Shown here one piece after another: positions 10,020 through 20,200 of a stretch of 64,000 bases of DNA; position 1 is the first letter of the stretch, and each line of letters begins with the position of its first letter. Origin of the DNA: Candidatus Poribacteria bacterium (lineage in GTDB: Bacteria > Poribacteria > WGA-4E > PCPOR2b); contig OZ244587.1 of assembly GCA_965218095.1 (NCBI GenBank), forward strand, positions 5,280,001 through 5,344,000, written 5' to 3'. The notes under the pieces were generated by a model, which worked only from the letters and a program-made list of their open reading frames with translations, was not told the DNA's origin and did no database searches. A program made the translations under genes and the position numbers.

Positions 10020-10826
10020 ATGACTCAAATGACTTTCACGGCACTCGATAAAGTCACGCACAATAACGGAACTAAAAAGGGGAATGCTGTCATACTACCA
10101 CCGATGGATATATTTGAATCTATTGAATTGATTAAATCAACTGGTATTAAGCCGCGTGTCACAATGCTTGATCCCTGGTATAACAAAGGTTTTGGAGAAA
10201 TAAGAGATGATTACAATGATTTTGTTATATCCATACTCGAAGCCCTTATTGGTATCTCCGAGCATGTATTTTTGTGGGGTTTTCCTGAGATTATAGCTCA
10301 GTATTTTAATCGTATACCGACTGAATACCAGCTTGTTGCGTGGCTCACTTGGTACTATAAGAATAATCCATCTGTTATCCGAGGTTGGCGATCGAGTCAG
10401 AATACTTGCTTGCATCTTTCTCAGGGTGATACAAAGTTATATCCCGAACACTTTTTGAATGACGCACAAAAAGAAAAGCTAAAAGCAGGAAAGCTAAGAT
10501 ATATGCCAGGTCCAACGAGTGTCATAGAAGCCGCCTTATTGGTAGGCTTTGTGGGCAAGGATGAGCAGACGGGGCATCCATCTCAAAAACCGTTAAAAGT
10601 ATACGAGCCGCTTTTCTTCATGACGACAAAAGAAGAAGATTTAATTTATGACCCCATGTGTGGGTCTGGTACTACAGGTGCATTTGCATTGAAACATAAT
10701 CGGGCTGCAATTTTATCAGACATCAACGAGGAATATATTTCTATCGTTGAGTCGAGGCTTCTAGAAAAGAGGATTCATTCTAACAAGACATTGCCTTCAG
10801 CGCTTACAACTACGCTGCAAGCGTGA
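10020..10826 (+). CDS. Beta-class N6-adenine/N4-cytosine DNA methyltransferase
   Basis: Motif IV variant DPWY precedes HPSQKP and motif I DPMCGSGTT. Confidence 0.9.
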   Translation: MTQMTFTALDKVTHNNGTKKGNAVILPPMDIFESIELIKSTGIKPRVTMLDPWYNKGFGEIRDDYNDFVISILEALIGISEHVFLWGFPEIIAQYFNRIPTEYQLVAWLTWYYKNNPSVIRGWRSSQNTCLHLSQGDTKLYPEHFLNDAQKEKLKAGKLRYMPGPTSVIEAALLVGFVGKDEQTGHPSQKPLKVYEPLFFMTTKEEDLIYDPMCGSGTTGAFALKHNRAAILSDINEEYISIVESRLLEKRIHSNKTLPSALTTTLQA

Positions 10827-10860
10827 GTGAACTTTAGGTTAGCACCGGGGGAACGGAACA

Positions 10861-11310
10861 TTGGATAACAGAGAAGTCGTCGTGAACCTATGGTACGTAA
10901 TGGATGAAGAAGGAGTGATATACTCTTTGCGCGCCAAAGCTTATGTCGGCGCGGGTTCCGACGCGGAGAAACTCGAATTCTTGCAACAACGCGCCTCGCT
11001 CGACTATCTCGTAGCCGATCCATTTGAAATCCCACAACGTTTCTATCTACAGATTAGCAACATGGAAACGCATGACTCCACGATCATGCCGGTTGCACAT
11101 GTTTCCATGTTGCAAACATTGGACAGTCCAATCGTGCTTTTCGAGGATGCGCTGAAGGTAATAGAAAACCGATTTCCCGCCCAATCCCAATTAGAGATTC
11201 CTCAACACCCTTTAGTTTGTACAACGCCTCTTATGCAGAATAAGCGGGGGATAATTGAACCCCGGTTTTCAGGCCAGATACGATACCGGCCGAGATTACG
11301 CCATGATTGA
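10861..11310 (+). CDS. Hypothetical protein
   Basis: 149-aa ORF with TTG start filling the gap before rph; no recognised motif. Confidence 0.6.
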   Translation: MDNREVVVNLWYVMDEEGVIYSLRAKAYVGAGSDAEKLEFLQQRASLDYLVADPFEIPQRFYLQISNMETHDSTIMPVAHVSMLQTLDSPIVLFEDALKVIENRFPAQSQLEIPQHPLVCTTPLMQNKRGIIEPRFSGQIRYRPRLRHD

Positions 11311-11338
11311 AAGTCAATTTAGAAAAAGAGGAACTGAA

Positions 11339-12097
11339 ATGGCAAGAGTAGACCGGCGCAAGCCGAATCAGATGCGCCCGACCCGCATAGTTCGGAATTA
11401 CATTAAACACCCAGAAGGATCTGTCTTGATTGCTGTGGGTGACACAAAAGTTGTTTGCACCGCATCGGTGGAGGAGAGACAACCGTATTTCATGCGCGAG
11501 CAGCACATCCGAAACAAAGGCTGGGTCACCGCCGAATATTCAATGCTACCGCGCTCAACCGCCGACCGGTTGCGGCGTGAAGTCACCCGTGGGTCACCCG
11601 GCGGAAGAACGCAAGAGATTCAACGGCTCATTGGCAGATCGCTGCGGGCAGTCGTAGATCTCAAAGCCCTCGGTGAACGCACGATCTGGATCGACTGCGA
11701 CGTCATCCAGGCAGACGGCGGCACGCGCACAGCGTCAATTACCGGCGCATTTATTGCGCTTTGGGATGCTTGTCAGTGGTTGATGGATCGAAAATTGATT
11801 ACAACTGTCCCGATTCTTGATCATGTAGCGGCGACAAGCGTCGGCATTATTGATGGGACGCCCATGCTAGACCTCTGTTACTCGGAGGATTCCACCGCTG
11901 ATGTGGATATGAACGTTATCATGACAGGCGCGGGGAAATTCGTCGAGATCCAGGGCACTGCAGAAGAAGCCCCATTCTCCAAGGAGGAGGCTGATCAGAT
12001 GCTCAATCTGGCAATCAGCAGCATTGGGCAACTGATCCGACTCCAAAAACGTATGATTATTGAGAAGAGGGATGAAGCTAGTATTGGCAACCCGTAA
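11339..12097 (+). CDS. rph: Ribonuclease PH
   Basis: [38 protein letters not shown] and EIQGTAE motifs. Confidence 0.97.
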   Translation: MARVDRRKPNQMRPTRIVRNYIKHPEGSVLIAVGDTKVVCTASVEERQPYFMREQHIRNKGWVTAEYSMLPRSTADRLRREVTRGSPGGRTQEIQRLIGRSLRAVVDLKALGERTIWIDCDVIQADGGTRTASITGAFIALWDACQWLMDRKLITTVPILDHVAATSVGIIDGTPMLDLCYSEDSTADVDMNVIMTGAGKFVEIQGTAEEAPFSKEEADQMLNLAISSIGQLIRLQKRMIIEKRDEASIGNP

Positions 12098-12758
12098 TCG
12101 CGGCAAAGTGCGCGAAATCGGTGAAATCCTCAAAGTCCAAGACGAGATTGAGCTTTTGTCGCTTCTCAACTACCCGGACGCCCCGGCTGTCGTCGAAGAT
12201 GGCAAAACTTATGAGGAGAACGCCATCAAAAAAGCCTCCGTGCTCGCCGAATACACCGGATATTTAACGATCGCCGACGACTCCGGTTTGGAGGTAGACG
12301 CACTTGACGGTGCCCCCGGCCTCCATTCCGCACGGTATGCTGGTGAGAACGCTTCGGACGCAGATCGGATTGCCAAACTGCTTGATGCGCTTAGGGACGT
12401 TCCTGATGATCAGCGGATGGCGTGTTTCAAATGTGCTGTGGCAATCGCCAAACCTGATAGTCAAACGCAGGTTGAGCCCCAATCAGAGATCGAGTGTAAC
12501 CCCGATTTGCAATCGGGATGCGAGCAACTGCGCGAAATTCCGATTCTCAAGGTTATCGTTGGCGTATGCGAAGGCCGGATCATTCGCGCAGCCCGTGGGG
12601 TTCAAGGGTTTGGATATGATCCTGTTTTCGTTCCGTCTGACTATGACGAAACCTTTGCAGAGTTGGGAGAAGAGATAAAGAATCAAATCAGCCACCGTGC
12701 AAAGGCGTTGGTAATGGTGAGAGAGCTCGTAAACGAATATGGTGACGCAGATGGTTAG
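12072..12758 (+). CDS. rdgB: Non-canonical purine NTP pyrophosphatase (RdgB/HAM1)
   Basis: [29 protein letters not shown] and ISHRAKA; carries an insertion of roughly 25-30 aa. Confidence 0.95.
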   Translation: MKLVLATRNRGKVREIGEILKVQDEIELLSLLNYPDAPAVVEDGKTYEENAIKKASVLAEYTGYLTIADDSGLEVDALDGAPGLHSARYAGENASDADRIAKLLDALRDVPDDQRMACFKCAVAIAKPDSQTQVEPQSEIECNPDLQSGCEQLREIPILKVIVGVCEGRIIRAARGVQGFGYDPVFVPSDYDETFAELGEEIKNQISHRAKALVMVRELVNEYGDADG

Positions 12759-12821
12759 AAATTGTAGGGACAAGCCTCCTCCCATCCAGGGTTAATCCGG
12801 CAGCCAAAGAAATGAGAGTAC

Positions 12822-13619
12822 CTAGTTCATACGGGGTAGGCGGCGGGATTGCTCGATGACGGTCCGATCTGATTTGGTCGAACACCAGTGAGATAGCGGA
12901 ACTTCTTCCTGTTTTTCCTTGATCTCTTTGGATTTGCTGTTGGCAAGGAGGTATGCTATAGAGGCGGGATGGAATGGTTTGTTTTTGGCGAGATAACAGT
13001 CACTGTTTTGACGAAAGCCCTCTGAGTAAGCAAAATATTTAATCTGTCCCTTTTCAGAAAATACAATCGCACAGACATGTTGACTCAAGCGGATGTAGCG
13101 AATGGATGTGCTTGTCAGAGAGGTAGAATACCTGCCAGCAAGCGTGTCGATTGCTGGCAAACCGGCTTCAGGCAGATCGGCTGCATCTGCTTGAAAAATC
13201 GGATACGGCATCAGCAACTCAACCGCGAATTGATTGGCACGCTGTTCCTCCAATCGGTGCGAATCAAACCCACGCAGATCCTCGCGCTGGCAGCGATGCT
13301 GTACGGTTCGCCCCCCATCTAGGTGGTAGTGCCCTAACTCGTGAGCGATTGTAAAGTTCTTCCGGGACTGCGATTGAATCAGGCTGTTGAGCAAGATGCC
13401 CCAGGCGTCACCGACTCGCATCAGGCAGCCGTCGTACCGGCTTTCCATTTCACGTTCCCAAACAACGATCTGGAGTTGCGCCGCGATTTTTCGGGGTTGA
13501 ATCGGGATGGCCTGGGCGTTTAATTCCCGCAACAACTGTTGCGCTTGCTCTGCGGGCTCTGGAGCTAGCTTGGACATCTGTTTTGAAATTTGATGTTTTT
13601 GGGGAGGTGGCTGATTCAT
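12822..13619 (-). CDS. ImmA/IrrE-family Zn metallopeptidase (CapP-like)
   Basis: NFTIAHELGH (HExxH), EQRANQFAVELLMP and a GAF-like tail; the C-terminus may be truncated. Confidence 0.88.
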   Translation of the reverse strand: MNQPPPQKHQISKQMSKLAPEPAEQAQQLLRELNAQAIPIQPRKIAAQLQIVVWEREMESRYDGCLMRVGDAWGILLNSLIQSQSRKNFTIAHELGHYHLDGGRTVQHRCQREDLRGFDSHRLEEQRANQFAVELLMPYPIFQADAADLPEAGLPAIDTLAGRYSTSLTSTSIRYIRLSQHVCAIVFSEKGQIKYFAYSEGFRQNSDCYLAKNKPFHPASIAYLLANSKSKEIKEKQEEVPLSHWCSTKSDRTVIEQSRRLPRMN

Positions 13620-13621
13620 GC

Positions 13622-13978
13622 TCAGTCCGCAGATACTTCATTACTTTCCTGTTTCTTGTTCTTGTCTCTGAGAAATTCGTAGAATTCGAGCATCGTCTCC
13701 TTATCTTTTTCCGAGAGCTCCATGATGCCCCTGAACATAACACTGACCTTCGGATCCGCTAAAAGATCGTCGTAGCTCTGCTTCTTTTTACCAAGCAGAT
13801 AGTCTGTCGTCACTTTCAGCGCGTCGGCGAGACTCGAAAGTGTATCGAATGACGGTTTACGGGTGCCGGACTCAAACTGTGAGATGGCCGCAGGTGTTAG
13901 CGTCGCAGATTTGGCGAGTTGCGTCTGTGTCATCTTGAGATCATCCCGGCGTTTCTTAATGCGTGCTGCAACAGACAT
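13622..13978 (-). CDS. XRE-family HTH repressor
   Basis: MTQTQLAK..LTPAAISQFESGTRKPS..LADALKVTTDYLLG. Confidence 0.93.
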   Translation of the reverse strand: MSVAARIKKRRDDLKMTQTQLAKSATLTPAAISQFESGTRKPSFDTLSSLADALKVTTDYLLGKKKQSYDDLLADPKVSVMFRGIMELSEKDKETMLEFYEFLRDKNKKQESNEVSAD

Positions 13979-14198
13979 GATTGCATATCTCCTTTCGTAT
14001 GAGTTGGGTTAGGAAGTTAACGAAAACAAAAAGGGTAATCTTCAAAGAATTCCCTAACAATTGTAACATACATTTTAACACGTGCTTCAATTTAATGCAA
14101 GGTATTATGACAGAATTACAGAGATATTAACGCAAATTTAAAAAGGGGTTGCAATCCTACCCGACATTTACTTTTGTGAATTAGATCCGTTTTGCGCC

Positions 14199-14227
14199 TT
14201 GACAAGAATTCCTGACTATGATAGAAT
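14199..14227 (+). promoter_or_regulatory. Sigma70-type promoter of the giant permease operon
   Basis: TTGACA-17 bp-TAGAAT with an extended -10 TG; GGAGG RBS before ATG 14273. Confidence 0.75.
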
Positions 14228-14272
14228 CTGAAGAAAGTTCAATAAAATACACCTTTTCCCGGAGGGGGCATC

Positions 14273-17200
14273 ATGATTAAGAGGTATTCGTACATCGGTT
14301 TATGGCTTTGCTTGCTTATTCTATCGTCTACGTATGTCTGTCTTGCTGCCGACGATCAACTGTTAGTCAGTCTTTCGGAGACCGCTGTCAAAATTCATGA
14401 CGAAGTCGACATCGGCCGGATCCGAAAGGACATCGCTCGGCTATCCAATCTGTCTACCCGCGTTACTGGCTATTCCGAATCTGCCTCCGCTAGCAAATAC
14501 ATCTTTGATCGATTCGTCGAAATCGGATTACAAAATGTAGAAAGCCGCGAATTCCCAATCTCCGTCCCGATTGACCACGGTGACGGAAAGGTAGACCTCC
14601 TCTCCGAAGAGGGCACTGTTCTAAAGACTTACAAAATCTGGCCCCTCTGGCCCAACCTTGTCCGTACCTCCCTCCTGCCTGACGGCATTTCTCATCTTGT
14701 AGGTGAAGGAGAGACCCTTGAGGGAATTGCCAAATCCTACCAGGTGGACCCACAAGCCATTTTAGCTGACCCTCACAACCAATACCTCCGCGATCAAGTG
14801 ACCGACAGCCGGGATAACGATGGTGATGGTGAAATTGATGAACCGGGCGAGTTGGCGCTTGTCGAAGGCAATCCCGTCTTCATCCCCACCGGTGGATTGA
14901 CGGTTCCTCTCTTCTATGGAGGAAAAGGTGAACTCGCTGACTTTAACGGCAAAGATATCGGGGGATTTTGGTACAAAATTCAACCCGGTGATACGCTGGA
15001 GGACATTGCTCACCGTTTTCGCATCGGCGCCGGGAGCATCACCGATGACGTTCTTAATAGTCATCTCCAGAAGACTGAAGACGGCATTGACAACGACGAA
15101 GATGGACAAATCGATGAATACGGAGAGATCCCCCCGCTGACAGAAATCTTGTACTGGGATACCGACGGCATCGACAACGATAGGGATGACTTCGCAGATG
15201 AACAGCCCGGTGATAACACTGACGGCGTTGATAACAACAACGACGGTCAGATTGACGAAGATGGCGAATTTGTCGCCGCTTCCGAATCCAGCATTTTTAT
15301 TCCCCAGGGCAGCGTCGTTCTGATTGACTTCAACTCCAGCACCAAATGGATTAACGCCGCGATGCTTGGGGCGAAGGCGGTGATCTTCATTGAGCCGGAG
15401 ACCACGATTCGTGGGGAAGCCGAGAACAAATTCCTGACCGTCCCTGCCAACATTCCTCGCTTCTGGATTTCTAAGGCAGATGCTGACGAACTCCTCGCCA
15501 TGCTTGGGGAAGTTCCCCACCTGTCCCCTCCAACAGGGGAGGGAAAACAGGAGGGAGGTCTCTCCGTTCGTCTCACCTGCACTATCACCTGGGAACGGTG
15601 CATCGGGCAAAATATCCGTGGCTTTCTTGAAGGTGGCGATCCTGCTTTGAAAGATGAACTGGTCGTGATCACCGGCTACTACGACGCAATGTCTGTTGTT
15701 CCTGCGATGGCGCCTGGCGCTGATCCCACCGGCGGGATTGCCGCGCTTCTGGAACTTGGGCGCATCTTCAGCCAAGAGAAATTCCGTCCGGGTCGGTCCT
15801 TCCTCTTCGTTGCAACGGATGCCCACTTCCAGGGATTAGCCGGCATGCGTGCGTTTATGGAGGGGATTGGTCAGGATATTGTCGGACGAGAATCGGACTC
15901 TCCCGGCACCCCCACAATGCGTGGGCTACGGCGTGGCTTAAGCGCGGATCTTTTTGAATTTGAAGAACTTGGGCGGAAATTGCTCCTTTCTATCGATCGG
16001 AACGTGCTGGTTGACCTTCCCTCGGATTTCTTCTACGAAGTCCACCAGTTTGATGCGGATCTCGACTCCCTGATGACTACTCTCACTCACCTTGAGCAGA
16101 CGCGGGGAAAAATCGACGGGTTGCGCAACGCCCAGCGTGATGCGAAGGAGAAAGAAAAGAGAAAACTGGAAACGGCCAAGAAGCGGGAGAAGCAGGGGTT
16201 TACTGAGGAGGAGAAGTCCCGGCTCGAAGTCAACCTCGCGAAGTTCAAGAAGGACGTGCTTCAGACGGCCCAATTTCTCCGGTTGATGGTCCGCCGGATA
16301 ACGTGGATGCGCGCCCAGGCGTTGAATGAATCCCGAAAGGTGCAACATGAGTTGATTGAACAAATCGCTTTGCCGATGGCTCGTTTAGATGAATGGGCAA
16401 TCGGGCGATTGGAAGCGGATTTGGCAGCGCAGCAAATCGGCGGGAAGTATGATCAGACGCCGGACAGCAGCTATTTGAAGCCGGAGAAAGGAGCGGATGG
16501 GAGCTTTTATCTGCCGGTTCCTGGGAATGTGCCGCCAATCCTGAAAGCGGATGTCGAGATGCTGTCCAGGGCTTTGGAAGACTGGGAATTTAAGGATTCG
16601 CGGAAATTCACTCTCCAGTATGCTCAGGAGCGCCTGCTAGACCGTCACCTTGATTTTAATGGACTGGAACAGATGAAGCAAGCCCGCAAGGTGGTTCACC
16701 GTGCTACGAAAGACCTCTCGGAATACATCGCCGTTGAGCAGCAACTTCTCGAAAAAGTCCTCGCCCAGATTCCTACTGACAGTGGTGCAGAGACCCGCAT
16801 CAAAAACACCATCATGCAGTTAGAGGGGGACCCCGCTTCCGTCCCCAAGGACCTGATCGTTGAGCTGAAGCTTTTCCTCAACGAGCCAACCCTGAAGCGA
16901 TTCGAGGTCATTCAGAACCAGCTCCGCCAGAAATTGGCCATAATGGATGAAACAGGAACGGCGACTTCACGTGAGTTGGACGCTGTCCTGATTGCCGACC
17001 TCACCCGAGACAAACAGAACATACTCGAAATCGCCATGCGCAACGCCCGCCTTGAACGACAGCGGATCGAATTCCTGCTGGAACGTCACGATTCGCTGAT
17101 CCGCCCTTATCTCGCCGAGGAGACGCTTGTTCTACGCCACCACCTCCCTGACGATGTGGTTGATCTCGCGATGGAGGTCCGGGCCCAGATCTTTGCCCAC

Positions 17201-20200
17201 CTTGAAGAAGAGCGCCTGCTGAAGATGGTGAAGAAGCGAGCGAAGAATGATATTGTCGATCTCCAGAACCTGTTGAATGTCCTCAACCGTCTTGATCACG
17301 ATCTTGATGAGGACACCAAGATTCTCCTGCGTGATAACCTGCTTACGATGCGCAACGCCCGATTCCGTAATCTGCAGAAGCGCGTCGAAAAGATTGCACG
17401 CATCAGCGAACCGGAATACAATCGGAAGGTCCGGTCGATTGAACAAGCGATTGCGCTGCAAGACCTCTTCAACCGTTACTACACCTCCCTTTTTATTGCC
17501 ATTGACCTTTCCAGCCAGAGCGACAAATTCGGCGTTTTCAACAAAGGCTGGTTCTACAACCAACAGCCTGAATTTGTGTTACGTCGCGAGTTCGCTTCCA
17601 TCGGCAACAGGCTCATGGAGTATGCGAATCAAGCCGATTTCGGTGAGCGCATCGGGAAGCTGTGGACCTTTACTGATGACCAGATCCGACAGGCGGTGAT
17701 GAGCAGCCAATGGGAGGTCGGGTCCGATATTGAGTCGAAACGGATAATTGAAGGTAAGTCGTTGGAGACCCTGATCGCCGAACACTACGACACATTGGTT
17801 GGGCTCTCCGGTGTCTCTCGCCTGATGAAGATGCAGTTTGAACAGATGAAAAACCAGGGGGAACCCTCCGAAGATATGCTCAAGGATATGGACTATATCC
17901 GCAAAGAGGTGGAGCGATTTATCCGCAACGACATACGTGAAGCGCGAAAGAACCGCAAAAATAAGATTCGTCTCCTCAATCGGCTAGATGCCATGCTCGC
18001 CCTCCGCCACGAGGATGCATCCGCGTTGACCGAAGAAGAAGTCGAGGATATCAAGACGCTCATCGACATCGTGGGCCTGGGCGGCGAAACGAACTTCGTC
18101 AACGCCATCTCCGCCAGTGGTGGCAAAATTTGGAGGACATACATCCCCGGCAAGATTGCCTTCGACAGCGAAGTAGCAACCCTCACAGGTTTTACCGGCA
18201 TCGCCTTTGCCACGATCGACGATGCCCGAATCCTGACCGACACCCCGCTCGACACCATCAACCGAATGGATCTGCGAGAAGATGGCGCCCTGCATAAGCA
18301 GGTGAAAACCCTTGCTGCTGTCCTCATCCAAGCGATGCGTGATCCGAAGATGCCCACTACCGCTCGGGTTGGGAACTTCTACTGCAATCTCTTTGGCGAC
18401 GTGGTGGAGTACGATGCCCGCGAGAGCGCACTTCCGAACAAGCCGGTCCCTTACCCCGTCCTCACCCTGCGGCGAAAGCACAAAACCATGATGGGGGTCC
18501 GCGGCGACCTCTTTGCAATAGGGGACAACAAAGGGAATTTTGAGGTCGCGGGGCTCGCGATGGAAGGACGCGCCACGTACCGCATTGGTGGAAAACAGGA
18601 GGTGGAAGCGTACATCCTTGACCCTGATTCCGGCGATATTGTCTACGCGCCGGACCTCGGCAACTTCGGAGCTAAACTCTTGCCAAACCTGGTACCCATC
18701 AACACGCACCGTCGTGGATGTCGAATTGTAGTCTTCCCATGCGTGTCCACTACCATCTACGATCTTGTAGATCAGCGTTATCTGCGCACACTACGGGAGC
18801 TAGAGGTCTTCAATGCGGTCAGCGATAGTACGCCAGAAAAATATGGGATGTCAAAGCCGTGGCAGCAAGAAGGGATCTCTGCAACGGAGCCGCTTGCGCT
18901 GGTCTATTCCGAACCAAACACCCGAATCAAGATCGGCATGGCGTATGGACAGATAGGCAAACGGTTGCTGCTGATTAAGGCAGGCAAAAGTGGAACAAAG
19001 AATCCTACGCTCTATACCGGGGATGGCTTTGTAGTGCGGGAAAACGGAAGCATTCGTGTGACCCCTTACGTCGTCGTGCGCGATATGTGGTGGCTTGATG
19101 AAAACCGGAGTAGTCTTTACAAACGCTTCGGCATCAGCAGCGATCGCCTCGACCAACTTCACCAGTTTGCCAATGAACATCTGGATCAGGCAGAGATTGC
19201 CCTCACCCAAAAAGACTATCAGCAGGCGCTTAAGCTTGCCCGCGCCGCCTGGGGATACGAATCTCGCGCTTATCCCGATGTGAAAAAGACCGGCAATGAC
19301 GTGGTCAACGGTGTGATGTTCTACCTTGCCCTCCTGATACCCTTTGCCTACTTTATGGAACGGTTGCTGTTTGCCTTCCCCACCGTACACAAGCAGATTA
19401 TCGTGACCTTCGCAATCTTCCTCGTGGTGTTCTTCTTCCTTTCGCAGGTGCACCCCGCATTTCAGATTACCACAACGCCGATTATCATCCTGATTGCGTT
19501 CATTGTCCTCGCGTTGACGGCGCTCGTGATTAGCATCATTATCCGGAAGTTTGAAGAACAGGTAGAAAAAATCAAGCAGGAAAGCTCAAAGGTCTATAAG
19601 GCAGATGTTGGTCGCCTTTCCGCTTCCGCCGCTGCCTTCAGTTTGGGTGTCTCCAATATGCGTAAGCGGAAAGGGCGTACCATCCTCACCTGTACCACAC
19701 TGGTCATTCTGACCTTTACGGTGATCTCCTTTACGTCGGTGCGCACCTTTATGCACCCTAACAGTACCAACCTTCCGTCGGTGACGCCGCGCTATACCGG
19801 GATGCTCATCCGCGATCAGTATTGGAGTCCCCTTGAGGAGCCGGTCATCACCTCGATTCTAAATGACATGCGGAAAACGCAGATTCCTGAAAAGAACTTG
19901 CGGTTGCTGCTGAAAAAACAGAAATCTCCAGAGGAAGTTACATCCATCTTTGCCGACCTGCGGCGGCAGGGGGCGTTAATCAATCTTGGCGGTGAGTCCG
20001 TATTGCGAGTCTACAACGTCGTCGCGCCGCGGGCGTGGTATCAGTCCGCTGGCACAGGTAATCAGTCATTCGTGCAGTTGACACGTACCCCCAATTCGAT
20101 GGATGCCGCGCCGCCGGTCGAACTCGCAACCGGTCAGCCGAAAACCTACTCCGCCACTATGCTTGTCGGCATGACCCCGGATGAACCCGGCGTCACGGGG

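Noticed and set aside
14762-15826. 354-aa antisense ORF (and the many similar shadow ORFs)
   Set aside because: It lies opposite a well-supported gene and has no motifs; it is a codon-bias shadow.
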